Virus record (IMG/VR): IMGVR_UViG_3300021961_006819
Location: 1 to 61,300 of that record
DNA: 61,300 nt
Reading direction: 5' to 3' (one strand)
DNA from: a virus
Lineage: Duplodnaviria; Caudoviricetes
The notes beneath the pieces were generated by a model. The model was not told the DNA's origin and ran no database searches. It was given only the letters and a program-made list of their open reading frames with translations. A program made the translations under genes and the position numbers. This document shows, in pieces, positions 1 to 9,602 of the stretch (its first letter is position 1; every line of letters starts with the position of its first letter).

Positions 1-383
1 TGGGTGGTATCTATCGTGCTACAAATTGGTTATTCCAAGACACCAACAAAATCCAACTGATGCCGAACTATGGTATTTGTTTGGAAGGTGAACACGGACA
101 ATACATCCATTCACGGACTGTATTCTCGCGATGGGGTAGTCACAACTTGGAACATCTCAAAACCGAGATTGGTAAAGAGGGATACAAAGAGTTCTGGCGT
201 AGAAAAGAAATGTCCAAACTACGATACATTCAGATTCTACCAACCAACAAGTCAGAGAAGAAGAAGTTACTGAAATCTCTCAAACATCCTTGTGAAACAC
301 CGCCAAAGGATATTAAGGATATCTTACCAGCAGCAGAACGATACGAAACTTACGAGCCGGAAAATAAAGTAAATTTTTGGTAA
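1..383 (+). CDS. Mom-like (GNAT-fold) DNA modification protein, 5'-truncated
   Basis: Frame is open from base 3 and reads GGIYRATNWLF, matching the GxIYxAxNW motif of phage Mom-like proteins; the true start lies upstream of the window. Confidence 0.6.
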   Translation, partial: GGIYRATNWLFQDTNKIQLMPNYGICLEGEHGQYIHSRTVFSRWGSHNLEHLKTEIGKEGYKEFWRRKEMSKLRYIQILPTNKSEKKKLLKSLKHPCETPPKDIKDILPAAERYETYEPENKVNFW

Positions 384-388
384 ATAAG

Positions 389-420
389 TTTGGTAGTTAC
401 GAATTTATTTTGTATATTTG
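389..420 (+). promoter_or_regulatory. Bacteroidetes sigma70-type promoter
   Basis: TTTG 389-392, 20-nt spacer, TATATTTG 413-420. Confidence 0.75.
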
Positions 421-474
421 TATAACAATGAGGTCGGAGAACCTCGTTAAGTAATAACTAAAAGGAAAAGTAAA

Positions 475-1746
475 ATGAAACACAATTTCAAAGCCCCCTC
501 AATCAAAGAGGTACATATTGGGGATGTACCAAGCGTTTACGAAGGTTATCTTTACCGATTTACCGATTTAGATACCGGTAAAATGTATGTTGGAATCCAT
601 AAGGGTTCTGTTGATGATGAATATTGGCATTCATCAACAAATGATGAATTTGCTGAAGTATTTCAAGATTCAAACTCAAATCTAAAATTTGAAATTTTGG
701 AATATGGCGATTATGCAGAAATGACTGTATCCGAACACCGAATTCTAAAAGAAAACGATGCTCGTAATAATCCAATGTTTTTCAATAAAACAAATGGAGC
801 ACCAAAGTTTACTCAACCAAGAAACGATTTGATGAAAGAACTGGCCGATTCAATTATGAAACGCGAGTTTCCAATTACAATGGAGCCGGTTTATGATGTA
901 TTTCAACTACCACGACTCCAAGTTCGTTTAGTGGAGGATAAAGAACTACGAAGGGAAATCAAAGAAAATATTGATGAAGCCGGTGGTAATACCGATAAGT
1001 GTAATCCTATTGTAATATATGAAGGTAGACAATTTGGTAACGATATTGTTGGGGATGGTAACCATACATTAAATGGTGCAAATGATTCTAAACATTGTAC
1101 TCAAGTTCCTGTAATCAGAATTCCATACGAAGTTCATAGTGAATACACTAATATGGAACTTAAAGGAGTTAGTAATCTACTAAACAAAAAGCCAGAAATT
1201 ATCAAAAAGGCCATTAGTGAGGATGATGCTGTTAAATACATTGTTGGAACTTATAGTGAGGGAACTCAACACGATTCTGTTGGTAATAAACAATTTTTAT
1301 TAGATTGTGGATTCACAAAACGGGCAATAACTTCAATATTAAAAAAAGCAAAGGTTGAAATTGATAAAAACAATTTGGCTTTGGGTAACAAACTTTGGAT
1401 TGACTATAAGAGTAAAACTCACAAACCAACTTTAGACACGACTGTTGAGGGATTTAGGGACTCAAACACAATTTCACTGGTCTACTCATCCGCAATGTTT
1501 AAGTGGGATAATATCTTCAATAGTATCTTCGCTCACACCAAATACAATGATAAAACCAAATCATACGAACCAACAAAAACCAATGTAATCATTACGGTCT
1601 ATCACCCAAATCCGATTGCAGAAGAGAATTGGAAGATGGTTCACCAACCAGACGCACTTCGTAAACTAAAGTATTACCTGTCACCTCTTGGTTATACTTA
1701 TAAAATCCACGAGATGACATCCACTATGTACAACGGATTGGTATAA
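475..1746 (+). CDS. GIY-YIG (Seg-like) endonuclease domain fused to a ParB/Srx-like domain
   Basis: N-terminal GYLYRFTDLDTGKMYVGIHK...YWHSS...FFNKTNG; central PIVIY...IVGDGNHT resembles the ParB-N DGxHR motif. Confidence 0.55.
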   Translation: MKHNFKAPSIKEVHIGDVPSVYEGYLYRFTDLDTGKMYVGIHKGSVDDEYWHSSTNDEFAEVFQDSNSNLKFEILEYGDYAEMTVSEHRILKENDARNNPMFFNKTNGAPKFTQPRNDLMKELADSIMKREFPITMEPVYDVFQLPRLQVRLVEDKELRREIKENIDEAGGNTDKCNPIVIYEGRQFGNDIVGDGNHTLNGANDSKHCTQVPVIRIPYEVHSEYTNMELKGVSNLLNKKPEIIKKAISEDDAVKYIVGTYSEGTQHDSVGNKQFLLDCGFTKRAITSILKKAKVEIDKNNLALGNKLWIDYKSKTHKPTLDTTVEGFRDSNTISLVYSSAMFKWDNIFNSIFAHTKYNDKTKSYEPTKTNVIITVYHPNPIAEENWKMVHQPDALRKLKYYLSPLGYTYKIHEMTSTMYNGLV

Positions 1747-2876
1747 TGAGTTTTTGGGAATCAGTAGATTACAAAAATGCCAGAAAGGTATTGGTAATCC
1801 CGAACATTACGAACTCATCTAACATTGAAAAGGATTCATTCATTGATGTAATTCACAATCACATCAAAGCGTTAGAAAACTATGGTGAATACTATTGGAA
1901 TGTATTAGTTCCAAAGGGTAGCGTTACTAAAAAGTTGAACCTACCAAATGTAAAACAAGTTGAGATTCACATTCCAGGTGATATGATGAATCAGAGAGCG
2001 TTCCCATCGAGTGACCTCATAAAAGTTCTGAAGGATATTGACTATGATGTAATCTATTCACATTTGCCAGATTGGCCTCAAGTGGGTAGATACAAGAAAT
2101 CAATGGACACAAAAATTGTAGGTTATTGTCATTGGTGGGAGATGAAATCGTGTAACGGACCTGACAATAGAGAAGGTAAGGCAAAGTGGTTGTGGTTACC
2201 TATTGAATTATTGGGTGTATCACAAATGGAGGTATGTTATCTTAATACTCAAGACCAGAAGAATCGTGTATTGGCTGAAGCAAAGGAAATCTTCAATGAA
2301 GAGTTTGCTCAAAAGTTAGATGGTATTCTAAAGGTTTGGAATTTGGGTGTACCGCAAGATAAGATTGTCGATGGTATCAAAGAATCAAAAGAAAACATCA
2401 TAGTATTTAACCACCGACCAGCCGCATATAAAGGGTATCCAAAATTTATTGAGTTGATGGAAGAGTATCGTACTCAACGACAAGATTTTACTGTGTGGAT
2501 TCCACAATTAAGTGGTAAAGTTCCTTTTGGTTGGATTGACAATACAAAATTAGCAAAGAACGAATACTATCAACAATTACAAAAGTGTAAAGTAGGTGTT
2601 CAGATGCGTCAAACCAACTATGGATGGTCAGTAAGTGGTACTGATTGTATGATGAATGGAACTCCAATGATTTGGCAAGAATCTGATTGTTATCACGAAA
2701 TTGACCCCAATGGAATGTTCTTCAAAACAAAGAAGGAGTTCTTTGGGTATTTAGACAAGATGTTGGATGATGACAATTTTAGAAAAGAACAAGACAATAT
2801 GTCAGTTGTAAGGGCTGTGGAACTATCTTTGAATGAAGATAAAATGATTCAAGAACTACATAAAGAGTTAAATTAA
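1746..2876 (+). CDS. GT-B fold glycosyltransferase (possibly DNA-modifying)
   Basis: IVFNHRPAAYKGYPKF and GWSVSGTDCMMNGTP GT4-like motifs; TAATG overlap with the polymerase gene. Confidence 0.7.
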   Translation: MSFWESVDYKNARKVLVIPNITNSSNIEKDSFIDVIHNHIKALENYGEYYWNVLVPKGSVTKKLNLPNVKQVEIHIPGDMMNQRAFPSSDLIKVLKDIDYDVIYSHLPDWPQVGRYKKSMDTKIVGYCHWWEMKSCNGPDNREGKAKWLWLPIELLGVSQMEVCYLNTQDQKNRVLAEAKEIFNEEFAQKLDGILKVWNLGVPQDKIVDGIKESKENIIVFNHRPAAYKGYPKFIELMEEYRTQRQDFTVWIPQLSGKVPFGWIDNTKLAKNEYYQQLQKCKVGVQMRQTNYGWSVSGTDCMMNGTPMIWQESDCYHEIDPNGMFFKTKKEFFGYLDKMLDDDNFRKEQDNMSVVRAVELSLNEDKMIQELHKELN

Positions 2877-5389
2877 TGTATCAAAATGTTTACTACGATA
2901 AAGAGAATTCAGTCATCCATTGTTGGGATGACCAAAAAGGTTATTTTACAAGTAAGTACCGTAGATATGCTTATGTTCGAGATGGGAATGGTGCTTTTAC
3001 TTCTATTCACGGAGAGCGTCTTAAAAAGATAAACTTTTGGAAATCAGAGGATAATCTTAAACTCTACGAATCCGATGTAAACGAGGTTACACGATTCCTT
3101 ATCGACCAATATGGTGAATCCGATGAGGTGTCCGTAGGTCATACTACTTTAACCTTTGACATTGAGGTTGAGATGAATAGTGGTTTGCCGGACATTGATA
3201 AAGCCGGTAACGCTATCACTTCAATTGCAGGTCACGATTCGGTGACTAACGACTACTTTGTATATGTTGTATCAGACAGCTATGTAGACAAAACGATTAA
3301 GGGTGCTCAAGTTCGTTCATTTAAGACCGAAGCTGACCTACTCGAAGCGTTCTTGAACAAATGGCAAGAAATCAACCCAACGATTGTTACGGGTTGGAAC
3401 ATTGACTACTTTGATATTACCTATCTCTACAACCGATTACGAAATGTATTGGGTGAGAGGATGGCTAACAAATTGTCATCCATAGGTAAGGTCAGTTGGA
3501 ACAAGTATCGCAAACGCTACATCATTGCAGGTGTATCGTGTTTGGACTACCTTGCTCTATACAAAAACTTTACCTATCAAGAGTTCCCTAACTACCGATT
3601 GGACACCATTGCTAACATTGTGTTAGGTCGTGGTAAGATTGAGTACGAAGGTAACCTTGACCAATTGTTCCGAGATGACTTGGAAAAGTTCATTGAGTAC
3701 AACTTGGTAGATGTGGAGTTGGTTGTTGAAATGGATAGAAAACTTCAGTTTATTGAACTCGCACAGGCGATTTGCCACGCGGGGCATGTTTTCTATGAAG
3801 ATTTCTTATTCTCCTCAAAATGGTTAGAGGGTGCTATCTTGACTTTCTTACGGAGGTCAAATCGTGTGGCGCCAGACAAACCACTACGAGCTGCCAAAAA
3901 CGATGATGGGTCTGATGGTGAGGGTAAGTTCACCGGCGCATATGTAAAAGAACCCAAGCCGGGTCTTTACAAATGGGTATATGACTTGGACTTGACATCG
4001 CTGTATCCATCCATCATTATGACTCTTAATGTTAGTCCTGAAACCAAGATTGGTAAACTGAAATCATTTTCTTCAGAGGATTATATGAAGAATCGAATTG
4101 AAGAATATTCAATCATTGATGAGAGTGGTAAGGAATTCCCACCACTTTCTCGTGAGGAGTTCCAAAAATTGATTGAAGATTCAAATTATTCTATTTCATC
4201 GAATGGTGTTTTATACACGCAGGATAAGGTGGGTGTTATTCCAGAGATTCTGAATGTTTGGTTTGACAAACGAGTGGAGTACAAAGACCTTATGAAGAAA
4301 TATGGTAAAGAGGGTAACGATGAACTTTATAAGTTCTACTCTCAACGCCAGTTGGTTCAAAAGATTATGTTGAACTCTCTCTATGGTGTATTGGGTCTAC
4401 CATCATTTCGATTCTACGATGTGGATAATGCAGAGGCTACCACAATCACAGGTCAGACGGTAATTAAAACTACCGAGATGATTGCTAACCAATACTACAA
4501 AAGTATCATTGGTAAAGAGGATGATTACAATGTGTATACCGATACCGACTCCGTATTCTATCAGGCAGCTCCCCTTGTAAAAGCAAGAAACCCTGAAATT
4601 GATGTAGAGTCCGATGAACAAATGGTCCCCGCTATTTTGTCAGTTGCTCAAGAGGTACAAGCTCACATCAACAAAGTGTATGACACTATGTCCAAGAAAT
4701 TGTTTAATGTGGATTCTCACCGATTTGACATCAAACAAGAAACCATTGCAAAGGGTGGATTTTGGGTATCGAAGAAGAGATACGCCCAATGGATTATCAA
4801 CGACAACACTGTACCCGTTGATAAGATGGATGTTAAGGGTTTGGATGTTCGTAGGTCTTCGTTCCCTACCTACTTTAAAAAGGTGATGGAAACTGTATTG
4901 TTGGATATCCTAAAGGGTGTTGACAAGAAGATTATCGATGAGAAAATCCTTACATTCAAACAAGAGATGCCGGACCAAAACTTCGTAGACATTGCAAAGA
5001 ACTCCGCTATTAAGGAGATGTCAAAGTATATGTTTAAGAATCAGGCGTTGGGTGAGTACGCTAAAGGAACACCGGCCCACAACAAAGCGGCTATCACTTA
5101 CAATCAGTTGTTGAAACATTTCAACGCCCCTTACAAATATGAACCTATGAAAGATGGTGATAAGGTTAAGTGGGTGTATCTGAAGAAGAATCCACTTGGA
5201 TTAGACGCTGTTGCTTTCACCGGTCATAACGACCCACCACAAATCAATCAGTTTATTCAACAATATATTGATTATGATTTAATTTGGGAAAAGGAGTTAA
5301 ACAACAAGTTGGATGACTTCTATAACGCTATGGGTTGGGACAAACCAAATCCCAATCTCGCAGCGGCATCACAATTTTTTGCATTTTAA
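2876..5389 (+). CDS. Family B DNA polymerase (T4 gp43-like)
   Basis: ExoI FDIEV, GWNIDYFD, DLDLTSLYPSII, KIMLNSLYG, YTDTDS, KKRYA motifs. Confidence 0.98.
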   Translation: MYQNVYYDKENSVIHCWDDQKGYFTSKYRRYAYVRDGNGAFTSIHGERLKKINFWKSEDNLKLYESDVNEVTRFLIDQYGESDEVSVGHTTLTFDIEVEMNSGLPDIDKAGNAITSIAGHDSVTNDYFVYVVSDSYVDKTIKGAQVRSFKTEADLLEAFLNKWQEINPTIVTGWNIDYFDITYLYNRLRNVLGERMANKLSSIGKVSWNKYRKRYIIAGVSCLDYLALYKNFTYQEFPNYRLDTIANIVLGRGKIEYEGNLDQLFRDDLEKFIEYNLVDVELVVEMDRKLQFIELAQAICHAGHVFYEDFLFSSKWLEGAILTFLRRSNRVAPDKPLRAAKNDDGSDGEGKFTGAYVKEPKPGLYKWVYDLDLTSLYPSIIMTLNVSPETKIGKLKSFSSEDYMKNRIEEYSIIDESGKEFPPLSREEFQKLIEDSNYSISSNGVLYTQDKVGVIPEILNVWFDKRVEYKDLMKKYGKEGNDELYKFYSQRQLVQKIMLNSLYGVLGLPSFRFYDVDNAEATTITGQTVIKTTEMIANQYYKSIIGKEDDYNVYTDTDSVFYQAAPLVKARNPEIDVESDEQMVPAILSVAQEVQAHINKVYDTMSKKLFNVDSHRFDIKQETIAKGGFWVSKKRYAQWIINDNTVPVDKMDVKGLDVRRSSFPTYFKKVMETVLLDILKGVDKKIIDEKILTFKQEMPDQNFVDIAKNSAIKEMSKYMFKNQALGEYAKGTPAHNKAAITYNQLLKHFNAPYKYEPMKDGDKVKWVYLKKNPLGLDAVAFTGHNDPPQINQFIQQYIDYDLIWEKELNNKLDDFYNAMGWDKPNPNLAAASQFFAF

Positions 5390-5421
5390 TTTGGAAATGT
5401 GAAAACTATTTCGTATATTTG
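5390..5421 (+). promoter_or_regulatory. Bacteroidetes sigma70-type promoter
   Basis: TTTG 5390-5393, N20, TATATTTG 5414-5421. Confidence 0.75.
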
Positions 5422-5444
5422 TATCATTAAATAACAATTAAATT

Positions 5445-6140
5445 ATGAAGAAAAGCTCATTTGAAGGGTTTATTGCCCGCTACAGTTTGGGTGGTGAAGT
5501 TGAATCCGTAAAAATCAACTCTACCGATGAAGGAATGTCTGTAAAATTCATCTCTGATGACAAAACCCTATTGGGTAGTGTTGAGAGTGAAGATAAAGAT
5601 TTACCTAACGGAGAGTTTGGTGTATACACCACTTCCCAACTCAAAGGTCTGCTCGGTGTTTTGGATTCAAACATCGATGTAACTGAAGGAGAAGCAAGTT
5701 TGGTCTTCGGTGATAAAGGTACATCAGTAAACTATATGTTGGCTGACCTGTCCGTTATCCCTGTCGTACCCGAACTTAAACAACTCCCTCCTTTTGGTTC
5801 TACTATTACTTTGGATGAAGAGTTTGTAAGTAAATTCATCAAATCCAAAGGTGCTTTGAGTGACTCCGACACTTTCACTTTCAAGAGTAAAGGTGGTAAG
5901 AGTGAAGTTATTTTGGGTTACTCCAAAATCAACTCAAACCGAATCTCAATCAATGTTCAGGCAACTTGTGAAAATGATGTTGAACCCATCTCTTTCTCTG
6001 CTAAATACTTGAAGGAGATTCTTAACGCAAATCGTGGTGCAAAGTCATCTTCATTGAAGGTGTCTTCTCAAGGATTGGCTCACGCTTCCTTTGAACACGA
6101 TGGTTACAAGTCAAACTATTACCTTGTAGAGATTAAGTAA
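5445..6140 (+). CDS. Sliding clamp (gp45/PCNA-like)
   Basis: 231 aa, FSAKYLKEIL and C-terminal YYLV PCNA-like pattern; lies between polymerase and clamp loader. Confidence 0.85.
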   Translation: MKKSSFEGFIARYSLGGEVESVKINSTDEGMSVKFISDDKTLLGSVESEDKDLPNGEFGVYTTSQLKGLLGVLDSNIDVTEGEASLVFGDKGTSVNYMLADLSVIPVVPELKQLPPFGSTITLDEEFVSKFIKSKGALSDSDTFTFKSKGGKSEVILGYSKINSNRISINVQATCENDVEPISFSAKYLKEILNANRGAKSSSLKVSSQGLAHASFEHDGYKSNYYLVEIK

Positions 6141-7330
6141 TGAGTTTTTGGGATACAGAACCAGCGAAGCCAACATTCGACTACGATGTAGAGAAAAAGA
6201 AGTTCATAGATAATATGGACTATCTTTCCTCTATGTCAGTAGAAGAACAAACGCTGTATAAAAAGTGGCAGGAGTGGAACTCCGACCTTGCATCTTCTAT
6301 GAAGAAGAAAGCCAGTTTGGCTCTACACTACGATTCACTTTGGATGCCAACGGACATCTATAACAAAGAACAAACAATTAAGGAAATCGAAGACCTCGAC
6401 CCTTATGTTGAGATTGTAGATGACCCGAAGGAATCCACACGCTGGACTGAAATCCGAAAGCTTATTCATACGATGTCATTTGACGCTAACCCAGGTCGTA
6501 ATGTAAAAATCTATGTTAAGGACCGAGTTAGTGGAAAAATCCTTGGATTAGTATCCTTGGGTTCAGATGTAACATCGTTGGGAGTGAGGGATACCTACAT
6601 TGGGTGGACACAGGACAACAAATACAAAGATGGTCGGTTGAATCACACCACCATAGCTACCACTATCGTATGTACACAACCATTGGGGTACAATTTCTTG
6701 GGTGGTAAGCTGGTCGCTTGTATGGCGACCTCGCCTGAAGTTCGTAAACATTGGAAAGACAAGTACGGACAAACACTCATCGCAGTAGGCACCACCTCTT
6801 TGTATGGTATCCACTCCCAATATAACGGAATTCCACATTTCAAAACCTTGGGCGAATCCGCAGGTAAGGTTGCTACCAAACCTGATGATTCAGTATACGA
6901 AGTTTGGCATCATTGGATGAAGGAAAACAAACCTGAAGAATACGCCAGACAAACCGCTGAAAAGGAAGGTGTAGATGGACCTGCTACCGGAGTGAAACAA
7001 AAGATTATCAATATGATTTTCAAAGAAGTCGGTATCAAGGCATCCCACTACCAACACGGATTCAAACGAGGTGTGTATTTCGCCCAAATGTACGATAATG
7101 GTAATGAGTTTCTCCGTAACGAGATTACTGAAGACCAACTCGTAATGAAAGACAAATTTGTTGAGGGTGATGAGTACACAATGAAGTGGTGGAAACCAAA
7201 AGCTATCCGTAGATACACCACATTATTCGATGAAGGTCGTATCAAAGATGAATCATTGTTTTACATCGACATCATTGGTATGTCGTGGGAAGACGCAAAA
7301 GCAAAATATCTCAAAGAAGTAGGAAGATGA
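6140..7330 (+). CDS. DUF4338 / DruA-like protein
   Basis: PGRNVKIYV, LGSDVTSLGVRDTYIGW, QPLGYNFLGGKLVA and TTSLYG motifs recalled for the DUF4338 family. Confidence 0.6.
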   Translation: MSFWDTEPAKPTFDYDVEKKKFIDNMDYLSSMSVEEQTLYKKWQEWNSDLASSMKKKASLALHYDSLWMPTDIYNKEQTIKEIEDLDPYVEIVDDPKESTRWTEIRKLIHTMSFDANPGRNVKIYVKDRVSGKILGLVSLGSDVTSLGVRDTYIGWTQDNKYKDGRLNHTTIATTIVCTQPLGYNFLGGKLVACMATSPEVRKHWKDKYGQTLIAVGTTSLYGIHSQYNGIPHFKTLGESAGKVATKPDDSVYEVWHHWMKENKPEEYARQTAEKEGVDGPATGVKQKIINMIFKEVGIKASHYQHGFKRGVYFAQMYDNGNEFLRNEITEDQLVMKDKFVEGDEYTMKWWKPKAIRRYTTLFDEGRIKDESLFYIDIIGMSWEDAKAKYLKEVGR

Positions 7331-8244
7331 GTAACTCACTATGGGTCGAGAAGTATCGACCAGACACATTAGAAGGTTATGTTGGAAATGAACATATCCT
7401 TGAGAAAGTAAAGATTTACATTCAGAACGAGGATGTACCTCATTTGTTGTTGTATGGTCAAGCCGGTACAGGTAAAACCACACTCGCAAAAATCATTACC
7501 AATCAGATTGATTGTGATTTGATGTACATCAACGCTTCTGATGAAAACTCCGTAGATGCGGTCCGTGATAAGATTCGTGGATTCGCATCCTCTATGGGAT
7601 TCCGTAAGTGGAAGGTGATTATCTTGGATGAGGCTGACTATTTGACACCCAACGCCCAAGCCGCTCTCCGTAACCTTATGGAAACCTTTTCAAAATCTAC
7701 TCGTTTCATTTTAACTTGTAACTATGTAGAGAAAGTGATTGACCCCATTCAATCTCGTTGCCAGACATTCGCTATTACACCTCCATCAAAGAAAGAGGTT
7801 GCTAAACGATTGGTTGACATCTTGAACGAGGAAGGTGTTGAGTATCAGAAAGAAGACCTTGCTGTTTTAGTTAATAGTGGGTATCCCGACATCCGTAGGG
7901 TTCTGAACGCAGCTCAACGACAAGTCATCAATGGTAAGATGGTGATTGACGCATCATCAAACATTCAGGCAAACTATGCTGACAATGTGGTAGAGGAATT
8001 GATTAAACTAACTGATTCTAAAGCTACATTCACAAATGTTCGCCAGATTATTGCTGATTCAAAAGTTCGTGATTTCTCACCTCTATATAAAACACTTTAT
8101 GATAGGGTTGATGAATACGCGAATGGTAAAGTAGGTCAGACCATCTTAAACATCGCAGATGGTCAGTACAAAGACCCAATGGTAGTTGATAAAGAAATCA
8201 ATGTAATGGCGATGATGATTAACATTATTATGACAATTAAATAG
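7327..8244 (+). CDS. Clamp loader AAA+ subunit (gp44/RFC-small-like)
   Basis: LWVEKYRP, Walker A GQAGTGKT, LDEAD and SRC motifs; start moved to ATG 7327 (ATGA overlap). Confidence 0.96.
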   Translation: MSNSLWVEKYRPDTLEGYVGNEHILEKVKIYIQNEDVPHLLLYGQAGTGKTTLAKIITNQIDCDLMYINASDENSVDAVRDKIRGFASSMGFRKWKVIILDEADYLTPNAQAALRNLMETFSKSTRFILTCNYVEKVIDPIQSRCQTFAITPPSKKEVAKRLVDILNEEGVEYQKEDLAVLVNSGYPDIRRVLNAAQRQVINGKMVIDASSNIQANYADNVVEELIKLTDSKATFTNVRQIIADSKVRDFSPLYKTLYDRVDEYANGKVGQTILNIADGQYKDPMVVDKEINVMAMMINIIMTIK

Positions 8245-8245
8245 T

Positions 8246-8416
8246 ATGGCAAATTCACAAGAACTATTTGAGCAGATGCAGAAGTTGTTTGCTCAATTCG
8301 AAACGGAACACAATGGTACAACCAAAGCATCTAAAACTCGTGCTCGTAAAACAATCAATGAGTTGAAAAAATTGGTTACCGACTATCGCAAATCTTCAGT
8401 AGAAGAAAGTAAGTAA
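8246..8416 (+). CDS. Histone H1-like (Hc1 family, Bacteroidetes type) small protein, 56 aa
   Basis: Not in ORF track; MANSQELFEQMQKLFAQFETEHNGTTKASKTRARKTINELKKLVTDYRKSSVEESK has the KAxxxRARK...ELxKL...RK signature. Confidence 0.7.
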   Translation: MANSQELFEQMQKLFAQFETEHNGTTKASKTRARKTINELKKLVTDYRKSSVEESK

Positions 8417-8419
8417 GTT

Positions 8420-8698
8420 ATGGCAAAGAAACAAGGAAAAGTAATCCCTATGGGGGGTCAGAAACAATCCGCACCACAAATGCAGATTGACCCATTTAAG
8501 TTACCAACGGTAACCTGTCCAAATTGTGAAGGTATCTTCTTCACCGAACTGACAATGTTTAAAGAAGTTCCGGCTCTACAATCACCAAATGGTCAGCAAT
8601 CAATGTTGCCTATCCCTGTGGTAGTTTGTAATGATTGTGGAACAGTCCATCCAAAGTTCACCCCACGAGAATTCTTTGAGAATGGCGAAGAAAAGTGA
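8420..8698 (+). CDS. Small zinc-ribbon protein
   Basis: CPNC...CNDC pair. Confidence 0.7.
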   Translation: MAKKQGKVIPMGGQKQSAPQMQIDPFKLPTVTCPNCEGIFFTELTMFKEVPALQSPNGQQSMLPIPVVVCNDCGTVHPKFTPREFFENGEEK

Positions 8699-9137
8699 TG
8701 AAAATGTCGTAAAGGCAAAGTCACTATTTGACCACTTGGGGGGGATTACCTACAAAAAAGATAAGTGGGAATCCCTCTCCGAGATGGACAAGAAATCCTT
8801 TGAGATGTATATGGTCAATCGGTTTCTATCTATGAACCTCGACTACCTTGAGTTGGTAAATGAGATTCAACGCTATACTAATGGTCAGTTGAAATCTCGT
8901 GAACTATACAAAGTGTACTTGGATATTCTACCAAAGAAGAAATCGTTTGACAAATACATTAAGGGTAAGTCGGAATCGAAGTGGGATAAGAATGTGATAA
9001 AATATCTTTGTGAGTATTTCAAGCTATCATCCCGTGAGGTTGAAGATTATCTTGAAATCCTATCAAAAGATGAAGTTAAGTCAATCATCCAAAAATTTGG
9101 AGTAGATAAAAAAGAAATAGACAAATGGCTGAAGTAA
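8682..9137 (+). CDS. Clamp loader small subunit (gp62-like)
   Basis: YMVNRFLSM, LPKKKSFDKYIK and EYFKLSSREVEDYL are typical of gp62 homologs; replication context. Confidence 0.75.
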   Translation: MAKKSDENVVKAKSLFDHLGGITYKKDKWESLSEMDKKSFEMYMVNRFLSMNLDYLELVNEIQRYTNGQLKSRELYKVYLDILPKKKSFDKYIKGKSESKWDKNVIKYLCEYFKLSSREVEDYLEILSKDEVKSIIQKFGVDKKEIDKWLK

Positions 9138-9541
9138 TTAGAGAAGCAAAAAACAAAGTAACTTGGTTGGGAGAAGAAGAACAACCAATCTATGGTGGTA
9201 TGGAACAATCCGCAATTCAGTATTGTGAGGAGAACTATCCCCAAATGATGGCGGAGTACAAACGGATTATGTATGAACAATACGAAACCTTTTGTAAAAA
9301 ACAACGAAACTACGGACCGGGCAACATCTCCGTAGGAACAACTCTACAAACCAAAGATGATATTAAATTGTCACTTACAGGATTGTGGTTCAGAATCAAC
9401 GATAAAATTCAGAGATTGAAACAAATGGTTATTTTGGGTCAACCTGATGAAGTTGGTGAATCAGTTCAAGATACCTTTGCCGACCTTTCGGTGTATGGCA
9501 TCATTGCCCAAATCGTTCAGAACGGAAAGTGGGGAAAATAA
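9125..9541 (+). CDS. DUF1599 / nucleotide-modification-associated domain protein
   Basis: KKQRNYG, RINDKIQRL and ESVQDTFADLSVYGII motifs. Confidence 0.75.
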   Translation: MAEVIREAKNKVTWLGEEEQPIYGGMEQSAIQYCEENYPQMMAEYKRIMYEQYETFCKKQRNYGPGNISVGTTLQTKDDIKLSLTGLWFRINDKIQRLKQMVILGQPDEVGESVQDTFADLSVYGIIAQIVQNGKWGK

Positions 9542-9542
9542 T

Positions 9543-9597
9543 TTAACCATTTGTTAACATTAACATTTGGTTATTTCAAAATTATTTCTTATATTTG
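9543..9597 (+). promoter_or_regulatory. Sigma70-type promoter with upstream 11-bp-period TTAACA repeat
   Basis: TTAACC 9543 and TTAACA 9554; TTTG 9566; TATATTTG 9590. Confidence 0.65.
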
Positions 9598-9602
9598 TAT
9601 AG

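Noticed and set aside
2876-5389. Intein or intron in the polymerase
   Set aside because: 837 aa with all motifs at normal spacing and no intein signatures
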